Of a stretch of DNA of 64,000 nt, positions 1-11,200 are shown piece by piece. Source of the stretch: a virus; the IMG/VR virus record IMGVR_UViG_3300006735_000002, positions 17,571 through 81,570 of that record, one strand, 5' to 3'. A program made the translations under genes and the position numbers. Below the pieces are notes generated by a model. The model was not told the origin of the DNA. It saw only the letters and a list, made by a program, of their open reading frames with translations, and did not search any database. How positions within the stretch are numbered: the first letter of the stretch is position 1; the number at the start of each line of letters is the position of its first letter.

Positions 1-23
1 TCCAAAGCCAGACACCCGCTCAG

Positions 24-2240
24 GTGCAGGCCATGTTGGATCGTGGTTTGTCTGAAATCATCGCCTTCGCCGGCAAAGGAGGCTTTGCCTCAGGCGGACC
101 TGACGTGCGCAACCCGACGGATACTGCGAAGATTGCCTCTAACGTCAGGGGAGTTTCTCGCGCAGCCGAGCACGTGCTCACGACGCTCGAAGCAGACCCG
201 AACATTATCAAGGGTGAGTTGAGCGACGAGGCCTACCAGTCGTGGGTTGAACTGTCGAAGGACGGGAGAGCTGGCGAGTGGCTGGACAGCATCGAGTTCG
301 ACTCCAACTTGATTGATTCTGGCGTACTCGATCGACTGAACTTAGACGACGCTAACACAGCCGCGTTTGGGAACTTCCTTCAGGGGGCCTATCGAGAGGA
401 CCTCCAGTATCAAGCCATCATGCGGATGCGCGACGAAGCGGTTGATTTGGCGGAGAAGGCGAAGGGGGGCGAAACGCTGTCGCCTGATGAAATCGCTCGA
501 CTGCGCACTCTCTCGAACTCGATGGCACATACGTCTCTGGGTCTTGAGGGTGTCAATCTCGAGAGCGAGATTCTCGAAGAGGTAGAGGCTCTGGGTGAGT
601 CTCCTCAGATGAACTACAGCTACTCGGGAGACATCAAGAATCGCGCCGACCAGCTGGCCTTCGCCAAGAGCGTGGCGTTGGCCGAGGACGGCGAGGCGCA
701 GATGGCGATGCTGCAAACCGCAGGCGACCTGCTCGCTTCGGGCGTCGACTCGTCCGGTCGTCCGATCTACAGCCGAGGCCGCAGCCGCGACCCGATGTCG
801 AGCAACCCGTTCATCCAGCCGGTGCTCGACAAGATGGAGATGACCAAGACTGTACAGACCAGTCCGCTGTTTTACCAGGTTGTAGACAAACTCGGAATGA
901 ACCTCGCGGAGGGCGAACGACCGACAACAGGTCAGTTGGCTCGCGTGCTGCGCGAGGTGAAGCGCGACAAGCGTCGAGCATACCGCCCTACGGGCACCTA
1001 CATGGAAGTCGATGTCGTCGATCGCGACCGGGCTCTCGAAGTAAAAAAGGATCAGTTCGTATCGTTCGTTGACGAAGAATCTGGAGACTTCATCTCACTG
1101 GACGACATGCAGCGCCGGTCCGAGGCTGCGTTGTCTGATCGAGACACCAACCCCGTGGTCGAGTTCGACCTTGATGATGCCGGCGTGCGGACTATCATGG
1201 GCATGTCGCTCGATGACGACAGCGCCGACAAGGTTCGCGAGCTCAACAAGCTCTACGGCCTGGACCCGAAGAAGGCTGCAGGCTCCAGCGTCGTAGTCGA
1301 CCTAATCACCAACGAAGTAGCCGTCATTGGCCCAGAACGTCAGGTGTTCTTCCGCGGAAACATCAAGGGCGACCAGGTCGCGGCCATCAACGACGCCGCG
1401 CTCAACAGCAACGTCGCGCATGTCGCAGCCGACCCTGCCGCGGTTCGTGAAGGCAAGTACGGTACACCGCTGACTTCTTTGGACGGCTTGACGAGGGGGA
1501 CGCGCTACGACGCTCACCTGTACGCTCCTCCAGGGACGAAGCTGTCTATGGAGACGCCGCTTCGCAAGGTCCAGGGCTTTACTGCGCGGCAGAAGTACGG
1601 GGGAGACCAGAGCCGCTTTGTCGTGATGGGCGGAGACCGCAAGGGTGAGCAGATTCTGTTCTCAGATGTTCGCGGAGACTCGTTTTCTTCGATGGACCCT
1701 GCGGTGGTCGCTGATCGCATGGGAATCACGCCGGGTCAGGTTGAGCGTCTCCGTCGTCGTGATGATCGACGGTCTCGGCGTAGCCGATCGGAGTACAAGA
1801 AGGGCAAGGGCACCTACTCGAGTGAGCCGATTGCCCGAGAGAAGACTCCGATGCAGAAGGCGCTTGAGCCACCTCCGATGACGGATGCTGAGGTCGAGGC
1901 TACACTCCCCGACAAGGCCAGCCAGGTCACGCCTCCTGAGGCGGCGGCCCCCGTTGTTCCGCCCCCGGTTTCTTCGCCGGCGTTGACGAGCAGCCAGCCC
2001 GGCAGAGGTACGCCGCCGAAGGCTTCGGGAGAGTCCGCGCCTCCCGAGACAATGCCTCCGTTTGATTACGGGTATTCCCCCACGACGAGCGAGTACGCAG
2101 CTGCGTTTAGTGTTGCAGATGAAGAGGAAGAAGAGGCTGAGCGTCAGAGGGCTTTGGCCGCCGAGACAGCCGTTCCGATGAAGGGTAAACAGACTCCCAC
2201 TCGCCGGGGCAAGCGAGGCGCAACGCCGCCGTCTTCGTAG
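24..2240 (+). CDS. Probable internal virion/ejection protein, 5' end probably outside window
   Basis: 738-aa ORF, frame open to the window edge, Pro/Ala/Glu-rich C-terminal tail, directly upstream of the giant virion gene; function inferred from position only. Confidence 0.6.
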   Translation: MQAMLDRGLSEIIAFAGKGGFASGGPDVRNPTDTAKIASNVRGVSRAAEHVLTTLEADPNIIKGELSDEAYQSWVELSKDGRAGEWLDSIEFDSNLIDSGVLDRLNLDDANTAAFGNFLQGAYREDLQYQAIMRMRDEAVDLAEKAKGGETLSPDEIARLRTLSNSMAHTSLGLEGVNLESEILEEVEALGESPQMNYSYSGDIKNRADQLAFAKSVALAEDGEAQMAMLQTAGDLLASGVDSSGRPIYSRGRSRDPMSSNPFIQPVLDKMEMTKTVQTSPLFYQVVDKLGMNLAEGERPTTGQLARVLREVKRDKRRAYRPTGTYMEVDVVDRDRALEVKKDQFVSFVDEESGDFISLDDMQRRSEAALSDRDTNPVVEFDLDDAGVRTIMGMSLDDDSADKVRELNKLYGLDPKKAAGSSVVVDLITNEVAVIGPERQVFFRGNIKGDQVAAINDAALNSNVAHVAADPAAVREGKYGTPLTSLDGLTRGTRYDAHLYAPPGTKLSMETPLRKVQGFTARQKYGGDQSRFVVMGGDRKGEQILFSDVRGDSFSSMDPAVVADRMGITPGQVERLRRRDDRRSRRSRSEYKKGKGTYSSEPIAREKTPMQKALEPPPMTDAEVEATLPDKASQVTPPEAAAPVVPPPVSSPALTSSQPGRGTPPKASGESAPPETMPPFDYGYSPTTSEYAAAFSVADEEEEEAERQRALAAETAVPMKGKQTPTRRGKRGATPPSS

Positions 2241-2262
2241 TCGAAGTAGCCTCGGTCTCTCA

Positions 2263-2294
2263 TGTTACACTCACCCGCAACCACGGGTGAGTGT
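2263..2294 (+). promoter_or_regulatory. Extended -10-like motif overlapping an RBS-sequestering hairpin
   Basis: TGTTACACT at 2263-2271; perfect 11-bp stem ACACTCACCCG (2267-2277)/CGGGTGAGTGT (2284-2294) covering the GGTGAG SD of ATG 2297. Confidence 0.55.
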
Positions 2295-5200
2295 CCATGT
2301 CGTATTTCGACAATCTGCGCAAGCGTGCCGGCTTCGCCATTGAGCCTTTCGCGGACCCCGAGCCGGAGCAGCTTCAGCCCCCCGAGGATGTGGGCGCAGG
2401 CGTAGCTGTCGATGCACCAGACACGCTGGGCGACCCTTTTCCAGGCGCACCCTCGGGCATCGCTAAGAGGCAGAAGTACGAGCTCCCCAAGGTCGAGTTC
2501 GATGACTTCGACCCCTTTGAAGCTTTGGGTAACGTCCAGTTTCAGGCAGAGTACGCCGCCGAAGTTGCCACTACGACAGGACAAGAAGCTCAACAGGCTC
2601 TCCGTGTTGCGGGTGAGCGCGAACTGTCTGACCTTGGAGACGGCGTACTTGGAACGACCTTAGGGTCTCTCGCTCAGTTTTTGCCGGCGACAGCGGCGAA
2701 AGCCCGAATCAGCGCCGGGGAAGGTGACGTCGACATCCCAGGCATCACTTCATACCTGTTTAATCCGCAGGACACACCGGAAGAACTCTTTCAGACACTG
2801 TCCGCTTCAGAGATCGACGAGTCTTCTGCCGCAGCTCAGGAGATTGCCAAGCAGGGCCGGCGGGCGAAGAAGGTCCGTAATGCTCGGGACATTCGCGCAG
2901 ACATCATGGCGCGAAAGATCGAGAAGGAGTTCGTCAACCACTACGGTGAAGCTCCGGGCGCCGAGAAGTACGCAGCTTTTATCGACAACATCATCGCGCA
3001 GACCTCGACTCCCGAGAAGCGGAGGACTGAGCGTGACGCTGAGTTCGTGCTGCTGGACGCCGCAGAGCGCAAGATGCCCAACAAGGGCGGAGGGGAGAGC
3101 CAGAGCCAGTACCAGTCCGTGCAGCGCCGCGCGGTCAACCTGGTGTTGGACACGTCAAAGGCGGGCATAGGTACGGCTTTCGCAGACAGCGCACTTGTTC
3201 AGGCTCTCCCTAACTTCATCGACACTGTCCCGAAAATCGAGCGAGACAAGATTCGTTCGGATCTTTCGGGAGCGCCTTCGACCGGTTCGACTCTTGAGCG
3301 TGCGGAGTTTTTGGCGCAGTTGTTCAACCTCCCGGCGCCACTTGAGGTCGACGGACTTGAGCCGATTCCCGCGACGTTGGTGGGGTCACAGGCCATTCGG
3401 GAAACGATCGCCAGCAACGACTTTATCTTCCGCGAGAAAAACACTCGGTCGACTCCTAAGACCGAAGACCTCTACCGTCCGCTGAAGTCCGACGCGGTGG
3501 CCGACGAAGACGAGCAGAGCCGGGTCATCTATCTGGCGGGTCAGGCAGGCATTCCCGCCCCGATGGCGTACGCCATCTCAAAGACGGAGAGCACGGGCAT
3601 ACCCGATGGGTTCGCGTACAACCTGCACATCGGAAGTTCTCTCGACAAACGCACTCCCGAGAGTCGTCGGCGCACTCCGCAGGAGGAGGTCGCACTTCGT
3701 CGTAGTCTGCGCGAGGCTGGATTCGATGTGGTAATGGAGCCGGTTGAACGCGACGGCGAACTCGTCTGGCCGGCTGAGAACTTCTACAGAGGCGACGCCA
3801 AGAAGGTCTTTCAGGCGGCGTACGGCGTCAACGGTAAGGCGGCTGTCCAGGGCGGAGCCTGGGGCGAGTACCAGGTCCTGGGCCGGGATGGCGGTCTCAT
3901 CGACGCCATGCTCCAGATTGACGGCGTAGAGGACGAGGACCAGGCCGCAGAGCAGGCGGTCCTGCAGTTCCGTGAGAACCCAAGCCTCATCGGCGACCAG
4001 TTGTTTGTCAACTGGTTCCGCCGCGAAGACCCGCAGGCTGTGACGGCACGGCAAGCGGCCAACGATGGCGACGTTGAGACCTTGGGGCTTATGTACTACG
4101 GCGATTCGCCTGACCCAAAGCAGGTCACGGAGCGGCGAAAGTGGACGACTCGCACGAAAAACAACCTTGAAGACTACGTCGGCGGGATGTTCACGCCGCC
4201 TGAGTCGGCCGAGGACCAGCGGCCTGAGGCCCTGGTGTCGGTGGCAGGCGCCACTCCGCTCGCCGAGCGCGAGGACCCTGAAGACCTCATCGAAGAAGCT
4301 GCCACCGCCGTAGGCGAGATGATCGGTCAGTCTGACTTCCGCGAAGGTAAGACTGAAGTTGAGCAGGCGTTGGGGCTGAACGCAATCCAGGCTTCGTCGG
4401 GCAGCGGGCTGCTGCCGTCGTTCACCGCGTTTGCTCAGATGTCCGAGTACCCCGAAGAGGGCACGCCGACCCGAGAAAAAGCGGTAGCTCCTTACCGTGA
4501 GCTCATCAAAGCAGGAAGCCCTCTGCTGGCGGATATGAAAGACTCGTTCCGAGCACCGGTTGGAGAGAAGTTCTCGAAGTTTGCTCGCGCGGTGTACCGC
4601 GACATGCTTGAGTCAGCGAGGCTTTCGGGCGAGGAGCCTGACGAGCGTGAGATCGAGATTGAGGCAAGGAAGAAAGCGTTCAAGCTCATGATTTCCGCCC
4701 AGACGGCGGACGCTACCCTGCCACCGTTCCAGACCTCGTGGGACTACATCACGGGGCAGACCGACGAACTGAGCCTCATCGACGCGATGAAGCCGCTGGT
4801 CGAAGTTGTCGGCGCAGTTGACGGCGGCTTCGTCTACCGTCAGGAAGGAACCGGCCTCGCATTCATGAACGCGATGGACGCTCCTCCGGTCATGGGGCAG
4901 TCGTTCAACATCGGCGTGGTCAAATACTACCTGTTGCCCGCGCTTGGGGCGGAGATCGAGAAGGCCCAGTCCGGAGAGCAGGGCCTAATGGACGCCGCAA
5001 TCAACATGGGGATGTCCTCATTCAAGGCGTCGCAGCTGGGCACTAGCGTTATCCCAGGGGCCAGCGCAGTCACCGGAGGCGTTCTCGAAGAGGTCAAGCG
5101 CGCAGGTGTTCGCGGCGTGGCTGAGCGACAGAACTTTGTTGAGCTGGGCATTGAGCAGGGAGGCAACCTCACTGCTTGGGCCATGCAGCAGGCCTTGGAC

Positions 5201-8200
5201 ACAGAGCGCGGCCGAGAAGCTGTCGAAAGCCTCATCGAGTCGGGAGTGATCCCAATCCCTGCGGGGCTGGAGAAGGGCAACGTCGATCTGGCTACAATCG
5301 AAATCGCCCGAGCCGCAGGGTCGGTGTTGGGCACCGTGGGCGGCTTTATCGTCGCAGTTGCACACCCTGACGCTCTGATGGGTATCGGAGACACCAAGGC
5401 AGCAATCACCGCCGGCTATCGCCAGTTTAAGGCAATCCCCGACTTTGAGCGTACAACCGAGGCACTCATCGGCCTCCGGGGGGAAATCTACAAGCGCGGC
5501 CTCGGGCGTGTTTCTCGCACGGCTGAAATCGCCATGGGGCTTGAGCAAGTCGTTGCGCGAGACCAAGGCGGTAGCTCGACCAAAGCCGTCGCTGACGCCT
5601 ACAGTGTACTGCTGGACAAGGTCGAGCAGCTGCGTGAGTCAGACAACCTCGACGCAGACCTGCGCGCCCGTGGTCGTGCTTCGGTATATGTTTTCATCGA
5701 CGGCGAAGCCGAGCGTCGGATGGGGGAGATCGCCGCGGGTGACTCGATTCAGTCCGCCGCAGCCAAGGACGCGCTCGACGAAGGGTTCTCCGAGGTAGTC
5801 GCGGCGAAGCTCAAGTCGGTCGCGGAAGAGGCCATCGCGTCCGGCAACCCCCTGAAGAAAGAGGAGGGCAAGCGCCTGCTGGCTATCGTAAACGCAGGTA
5901 TCGGCGATAACGTCACGCTCACTCCGAAGCTATCGGACATTAAGGAAGCGAAGACGCAGGACGGCAGGATTGTCGCAAACGTCGCGTTCAGTACGGCCGA
6001 TCGTCTCGAGGCATTGATCTTGGGCCTGAAGCTCGACGACCCCTCAAAAGACTCGACAGCGCTTCGCCAGACCATTTTTGAGCAGCGTATGGGCCGTGTC
6101 CGCCCCACCCTGGGCAATACGAACTCTAAAGACATCGCAGGCTTCGCTCAAAACCCCACGCTGGCCAACGGTCTCGACGTCTTTGCCCCAGTCTCGGAGA
6201 AGGCGCTGGACGCAAGCCTCGAAGGCGTCAGGTTGTCGGACGCCAAGAAGGAGGAGTTCCGCGCGACAAGGGCTGCGCTGGAGGACTTCCACAAGCGCCT
6301 GAAAGCTGCCGTCGCAGACGGCAGCATTCTTGACCCGCTCGTAAGCGCAGACTTCAAGAACGAGTTTCGCCAGAAGAAGTTCAAGCAGAGCAGCTACAGG
6401 CTGTTTAACAACTCCGAGGAGAGCGACCGCGGACGCCGCTACGCGCAGGTGCTGACAGGCGTGTTCAATGAGGCGGCCGTCGTCACCAACAAGAGCGAAG
6501 GTCATCAGTTCTTGCGGCGTGGTCTCGATGCCGTGCTGACTTACTCAACCGAGCGAGGGAAGACAATCCAGAGCTTTTCTCGGAGCCTGGTCGACGAAGA
6601 CGCGGTGCGGGCCGGAGGGTTTACGGACGTAGACGACTTCCTCGACCCACAAGGCTCTCGTCACTACGTGAACCGCGCTATCTCGGCGATGCTGGTTTCG
6701 ACCAAGGAAGGCATTCTCTCGTTCGCCCTGGGCGTGCCAGGGCTGCGCCGGACGGTTGACCCCGCGATGCTCAAGGTCCAGCAGCGTTCGATGATGTCCA
6801 CCGCGGCGCTGCATCAGATGCGGGCAGATGGTCAGGACCCGTTCACTGTAGCGGCTTCCGTGCAGGGCGAAGTGCTTCGTCGTCTTCGGCAGGAGAAGGC
6901 GCTCGCAGTGCAGGCGGGCGACAGTGTGCGTTCAGCCGAGGTCAGCGACCAGATCGACGAGGTCCTTACACCTCAGTGGCGCACAGGTCTCATCGACTGG
7001 ATGAAGGCTTCGGCTGACGCCATCTCTCGCGGCGAAGACCCTCAGTCCGTGGTGAAGTACAACCTCCCCATCGGCATCACGTTGGGCACGGCCAGCGAGA
7101 CAGCTCTGCCAGTGCTGCCGGCGACGCGCAAGTTCGCGCGAGGATCGTTCTTCCGGGCGTTCGGCTTCTCTCCCCCTGAGCAAGTTCGAGCAGGGCAGCT
7201 GAGCCCCGGTACACGCACTGTGCGGCCCCGCATCTCTCCTGAAGAGGAGCGCGCGGTCGAGTACGTGCTGGACAGGATGCTGCGCTACATGGCACGCGCG
7301 GACATGATGCAAAGCCCAGGGGCTGCCAACGCCAAGGTCGAGAACTTCATCAAGCAGAATATCCTGAATGTTCGGTCGGTGGACTCGCTGAACAACTTCG
7401 CGGCCAAGGCCACAGAGATGCGTGGAGCACTCAGCTCTACCCGCGATGCCATTTCTCAGCGTCGACATGGAATGTCGTACGACGAGCTCGCAGCGACAGG
7501 CGACACCCGTGCTCGGGTCGAGGTGCAGTCGGACGCGATGCAGTCGGTCCTTCCTCTGATGTCTGAGCGGGAAGCGTTCCTTATCTTCCACCGCACTTAC
7601 GAAGAGCTCGAAGACATCATCGCAGCGGCTCGCCGCGGTGAGACCGGCGATGATTTTGTGGCGACGCGGCTGTTTCAGGACGCATCTGCCGCAAGCGCTG
7701 ATGCCGACGAGGTTGCCGAAGCCCGGCGTCTGTACGAGGAGCAGGGGGTTGAGTCGCCGTACTTCAAGCGGTGGCTCGGTGACTCCAAGGTCGTGGACGA
7801 CGAGGGTCAGCCGCTGGTCGTGTATCACGGCACCGCAGGTGATTTCGACGAGTTTGGTCGAAAGAGGCCGCAGGAGCTGGGGTATCACTTCGGAAGTTCC
7901 GAAGCAGCCTCGACTCGCCTTGGTCTACTCGTCGAAGAAGAAGTGGCGGCGCTTAGCGATACAGAGCGTGCGCGCTACTTCGAGGCAGTTCGGTCTACTT
8001 CTGAAGGCGTAAACGTCGTTCCGGTATACCTCTCGATGACGCCGCTGCGCGTGAGTGACTCGGTTTCATGGACAGGCGTGTCGGTAATCGATGATATGGC
8101 GCGTCGTTACCCTCAGTTTGCAGACATCTTTGGCGAAGCGCGTACGCGGTTGTCTGCGATTCCTGAGACAGACCTGGCGGCGCGTGCCGACGTTGTAAAG

Positions 8201-11200
8201 GACGCAGTCCGTAAGACTGGTCATGATGGTTTGGTTTATCGAAATGTGATCGAGGGTGGAGGAGATTCTTACATCGCCTTCGACCCAACCCAGGTCAAGT
8301 CCGTCTACAACCGCGGCACCTTCGATGACAGCGCACGGCTGCTCTTTCAGGGTGAAGACGTCCAGCGTGTGGCTCGTCGTCGCGGCGGTGGGCGCCGCAG
8401 GGTGGACCCTGATGCCTCCATCGGGTCGAAGCAGCCTGTAGGCGTCAAGACCCGTGCGGCGAGGATCAACGAGAAGTTTGGGCCTCTGGCGGGCACCGCT
8501 GAGCGTGCGGTACTCGCATACAATGGAGCCCTTAGCAGGGCTCGCCTCAACCCCAAGAGGACGCAGGCCCTGCTCGAGAAAGCCCAGAACGCGATCAAGC
8601 GGGCTTACGTCACGTTCTCGATGGGCAACGCTCAGAAGGTACCTGACCTGCTGCTCGACATTGCAGATGCCATCAAGACTGACGACGCGGTTCTCGAGGC
8701 TTTGGCGAGTAAGCCGAACTTCCATGGAGTCATGAGCAACCTGGTCAGGAAGGCGCGCAACCCTGAGCAGTTGACTCAGGCGGACGTTCGCTCCATCGAG
8801 ACAACTCTCGATATGATAGGTCTCGCAGACCGATTTGACGCTCGTCGTATCGGCTCGTACACCGGAGAGGTCGCCAAGGCTCCCAAACGTGAGGCCGAAG
8901 CGCTGGCAGCGGTGGCGGATGCGGCTGCCCCGGCGGCGCAGCCGGTTGCTGCCGCTAAGCGGCTCAGGATGCCTGAGGCTCCTGAGCGTTCTCCCAAGGT
9001 CGGTGAGGTGCTCGGCGACATCGAGAAGTTGTCGGACATCAAGGGTCTGAAGTCTCAGGTGCTTGCGGCTGCTCTGGACCTCAAGGGCGACTACGGTCGT
9101 GACGCTGACGTCGTGCTCAAGGCGATCGACATGATCGGTCCTGAGCGACTCAACGACATCGCGCTGACGGTTGCTCGCGAGCCTGGGCCAGAAGGCCGGC
9201 GTGCGATGTTCGACTTCACCGAAAACACTATTCGGATCTACGAAGACGCCCTCGAGACCGGCGTTTTTTCCGACGAGGTAGTCAAGGAACTCTGGCGGTC
9301 GCTGACTCGGTATCTCCCCGAAGACGAGATCAAGGCCCTCTCTGACGAGTACCTCGACCAGCGCGCGATGTTTATGCGCGAGGAGTCCGAGCTCTTCGAC
9401 GCGCAGGGCGCGTTGAAGGAGGGCGCTAACATCGACGACGTCGACCGACATATCCTCGACTTTGAGGATTGGGTGGTCCAGAGTATGAAGGACCTCGCGC
9501 TGCAGAAGTCGCGAGAGGCTGTGTTCCAGACCACCGGGGCGGGGAGGCTGTCGAAGCGACCTCTAAACGTCAGGGGCAACAGGGTCCTGAAGGTGTTGAT
9601 GGACACGGTCAAGGGTCTCGTGCAGGAGTTTTTCAGCCAGGCGAAGAACCTGACGCAGATCATCGAGGACTTCTACTCGTCGGGCAAGTACACTGAGCGG
9701 CTTCGCGAGAAGGGCATTCAGCTGGTCGTTACGGACGAGGATCTTCTGCGTCGTCAGAAGGAGTGGACGAAGTTTATTGATGAGTCGGCGAAGGTCGAGC
9801 CGAAGAGGGCTTTGGGTCAAGTTAAGACGCCCGGAGGAAAACAGAAGGGCGACGATGCGGCAGCAGCGGCTGCGCGAACAGAGGCCATTGACAAAGCGAC
9901 TGCGCGCGCTGGTAAGTCTGACGCTGCAATCTCGGTCGGGGAACTCAAGAAGCTCGCAGATCGATTTAGCCGCACCGCGTCTACAACCGACAACCCCAAG
10001 CGGGTTGCGATGGTGCGCAGGAAGTTCCGCGAAGGCATCGACCCTGTGATCGCGGCAGTTGGCAACGACGAAGCGAAGGCCCTGCTGACTCCGCTGCTCG
10101 AGGCTGCCAAGGCAGACGATGCAGTGGCAGATGCTCTGGCGAAGAGCCCTGAGGCCATCAACGCCATTGAAAACTTGGCGGTTCAGGCAGACGTCGCTGA
10201 AGACCTCGCACCCGTGGTAGAGGCGTTCCGCAGAGACATTACTGACGCTGGGCTCGGAGATCGACTGCCTGAGGTCGAGGTCCCTGCAGCAGTTGTGTCT
10301 GACGAAGTGGCGACTCCAGCAGCCCCCAAGGCCACGCCTGTCGCAGAGGCTGAGCCCAAGGTCGCGGCGGTGCCGCAGCCTGATGAAGGTGTCGACAATC
10401 TGACTGGCGCAGTCGCTGACAGAGCGACGTCGCGCGTGATGGAGATTCTCAAGTTCGAGGCAGGCAAGGATGACACGACCGTCAAGCGAGCGGTCAAGTT
10501 CGTCTTCCCGCGCGAGGAAGTCGCTCAGCGCATGCTCAACGAGGCGATCAAGGACGACGTGACTCGCGTTCTTCGGTCGGGAATCGTGGACCGTCTCACT
10601 GAGCTGGGCGTGACGGCGAAGGTCGACGGCGAAGAAGCCTCTGCAAAGCAGTTGGTGCGCTTGTTCAATGACCTTCAGTCGAAGGAGGACGCCGCGCGGT
10701 ACGGCAAGGTAGACGGCAGTGCTGAAGCGGGTGACGAGCTTCTCGTAAATGCGCGGGCAGAGCTTGAGACTGACATCGCCGAACTCAATAAGCGGATTGA
10801 AGCTGCCGAAGAAGAGGCCGAAATCGGCAAACTTCGCCGTCAGCTTGGTGAGGCTGAGAGTGCTCTTGAGGAAATGGAGCGTGGCCGTGAGACTGTGGAA
10901 ATCCGTCGCAGCGCTTCGAAGTTTCTCGATGACGTCTACGACCCTAAGCGCGGCCTGGAGAACGCACAGCGAGGCCTTGCTCTGGTCGAGCGGCTTTCTG
11001 CCGGAGTGTCTGCTCCCGGCGGAGCTTCTTTGAGAAGCATGGTCGGAGAACTGTCGCCCGAGGAGCAGAACGTCGCTCGCTACCTGCTTGAGCGGCAGAT
11101 GAAGAACCACAAGCGCGGCACGGCGCTGACCATGGAGGTCAGGGACGACGGTGAGCTGTACTTCCAGTTGGTGGGGGACCGTCCGCTGTTCGACGAAGAC

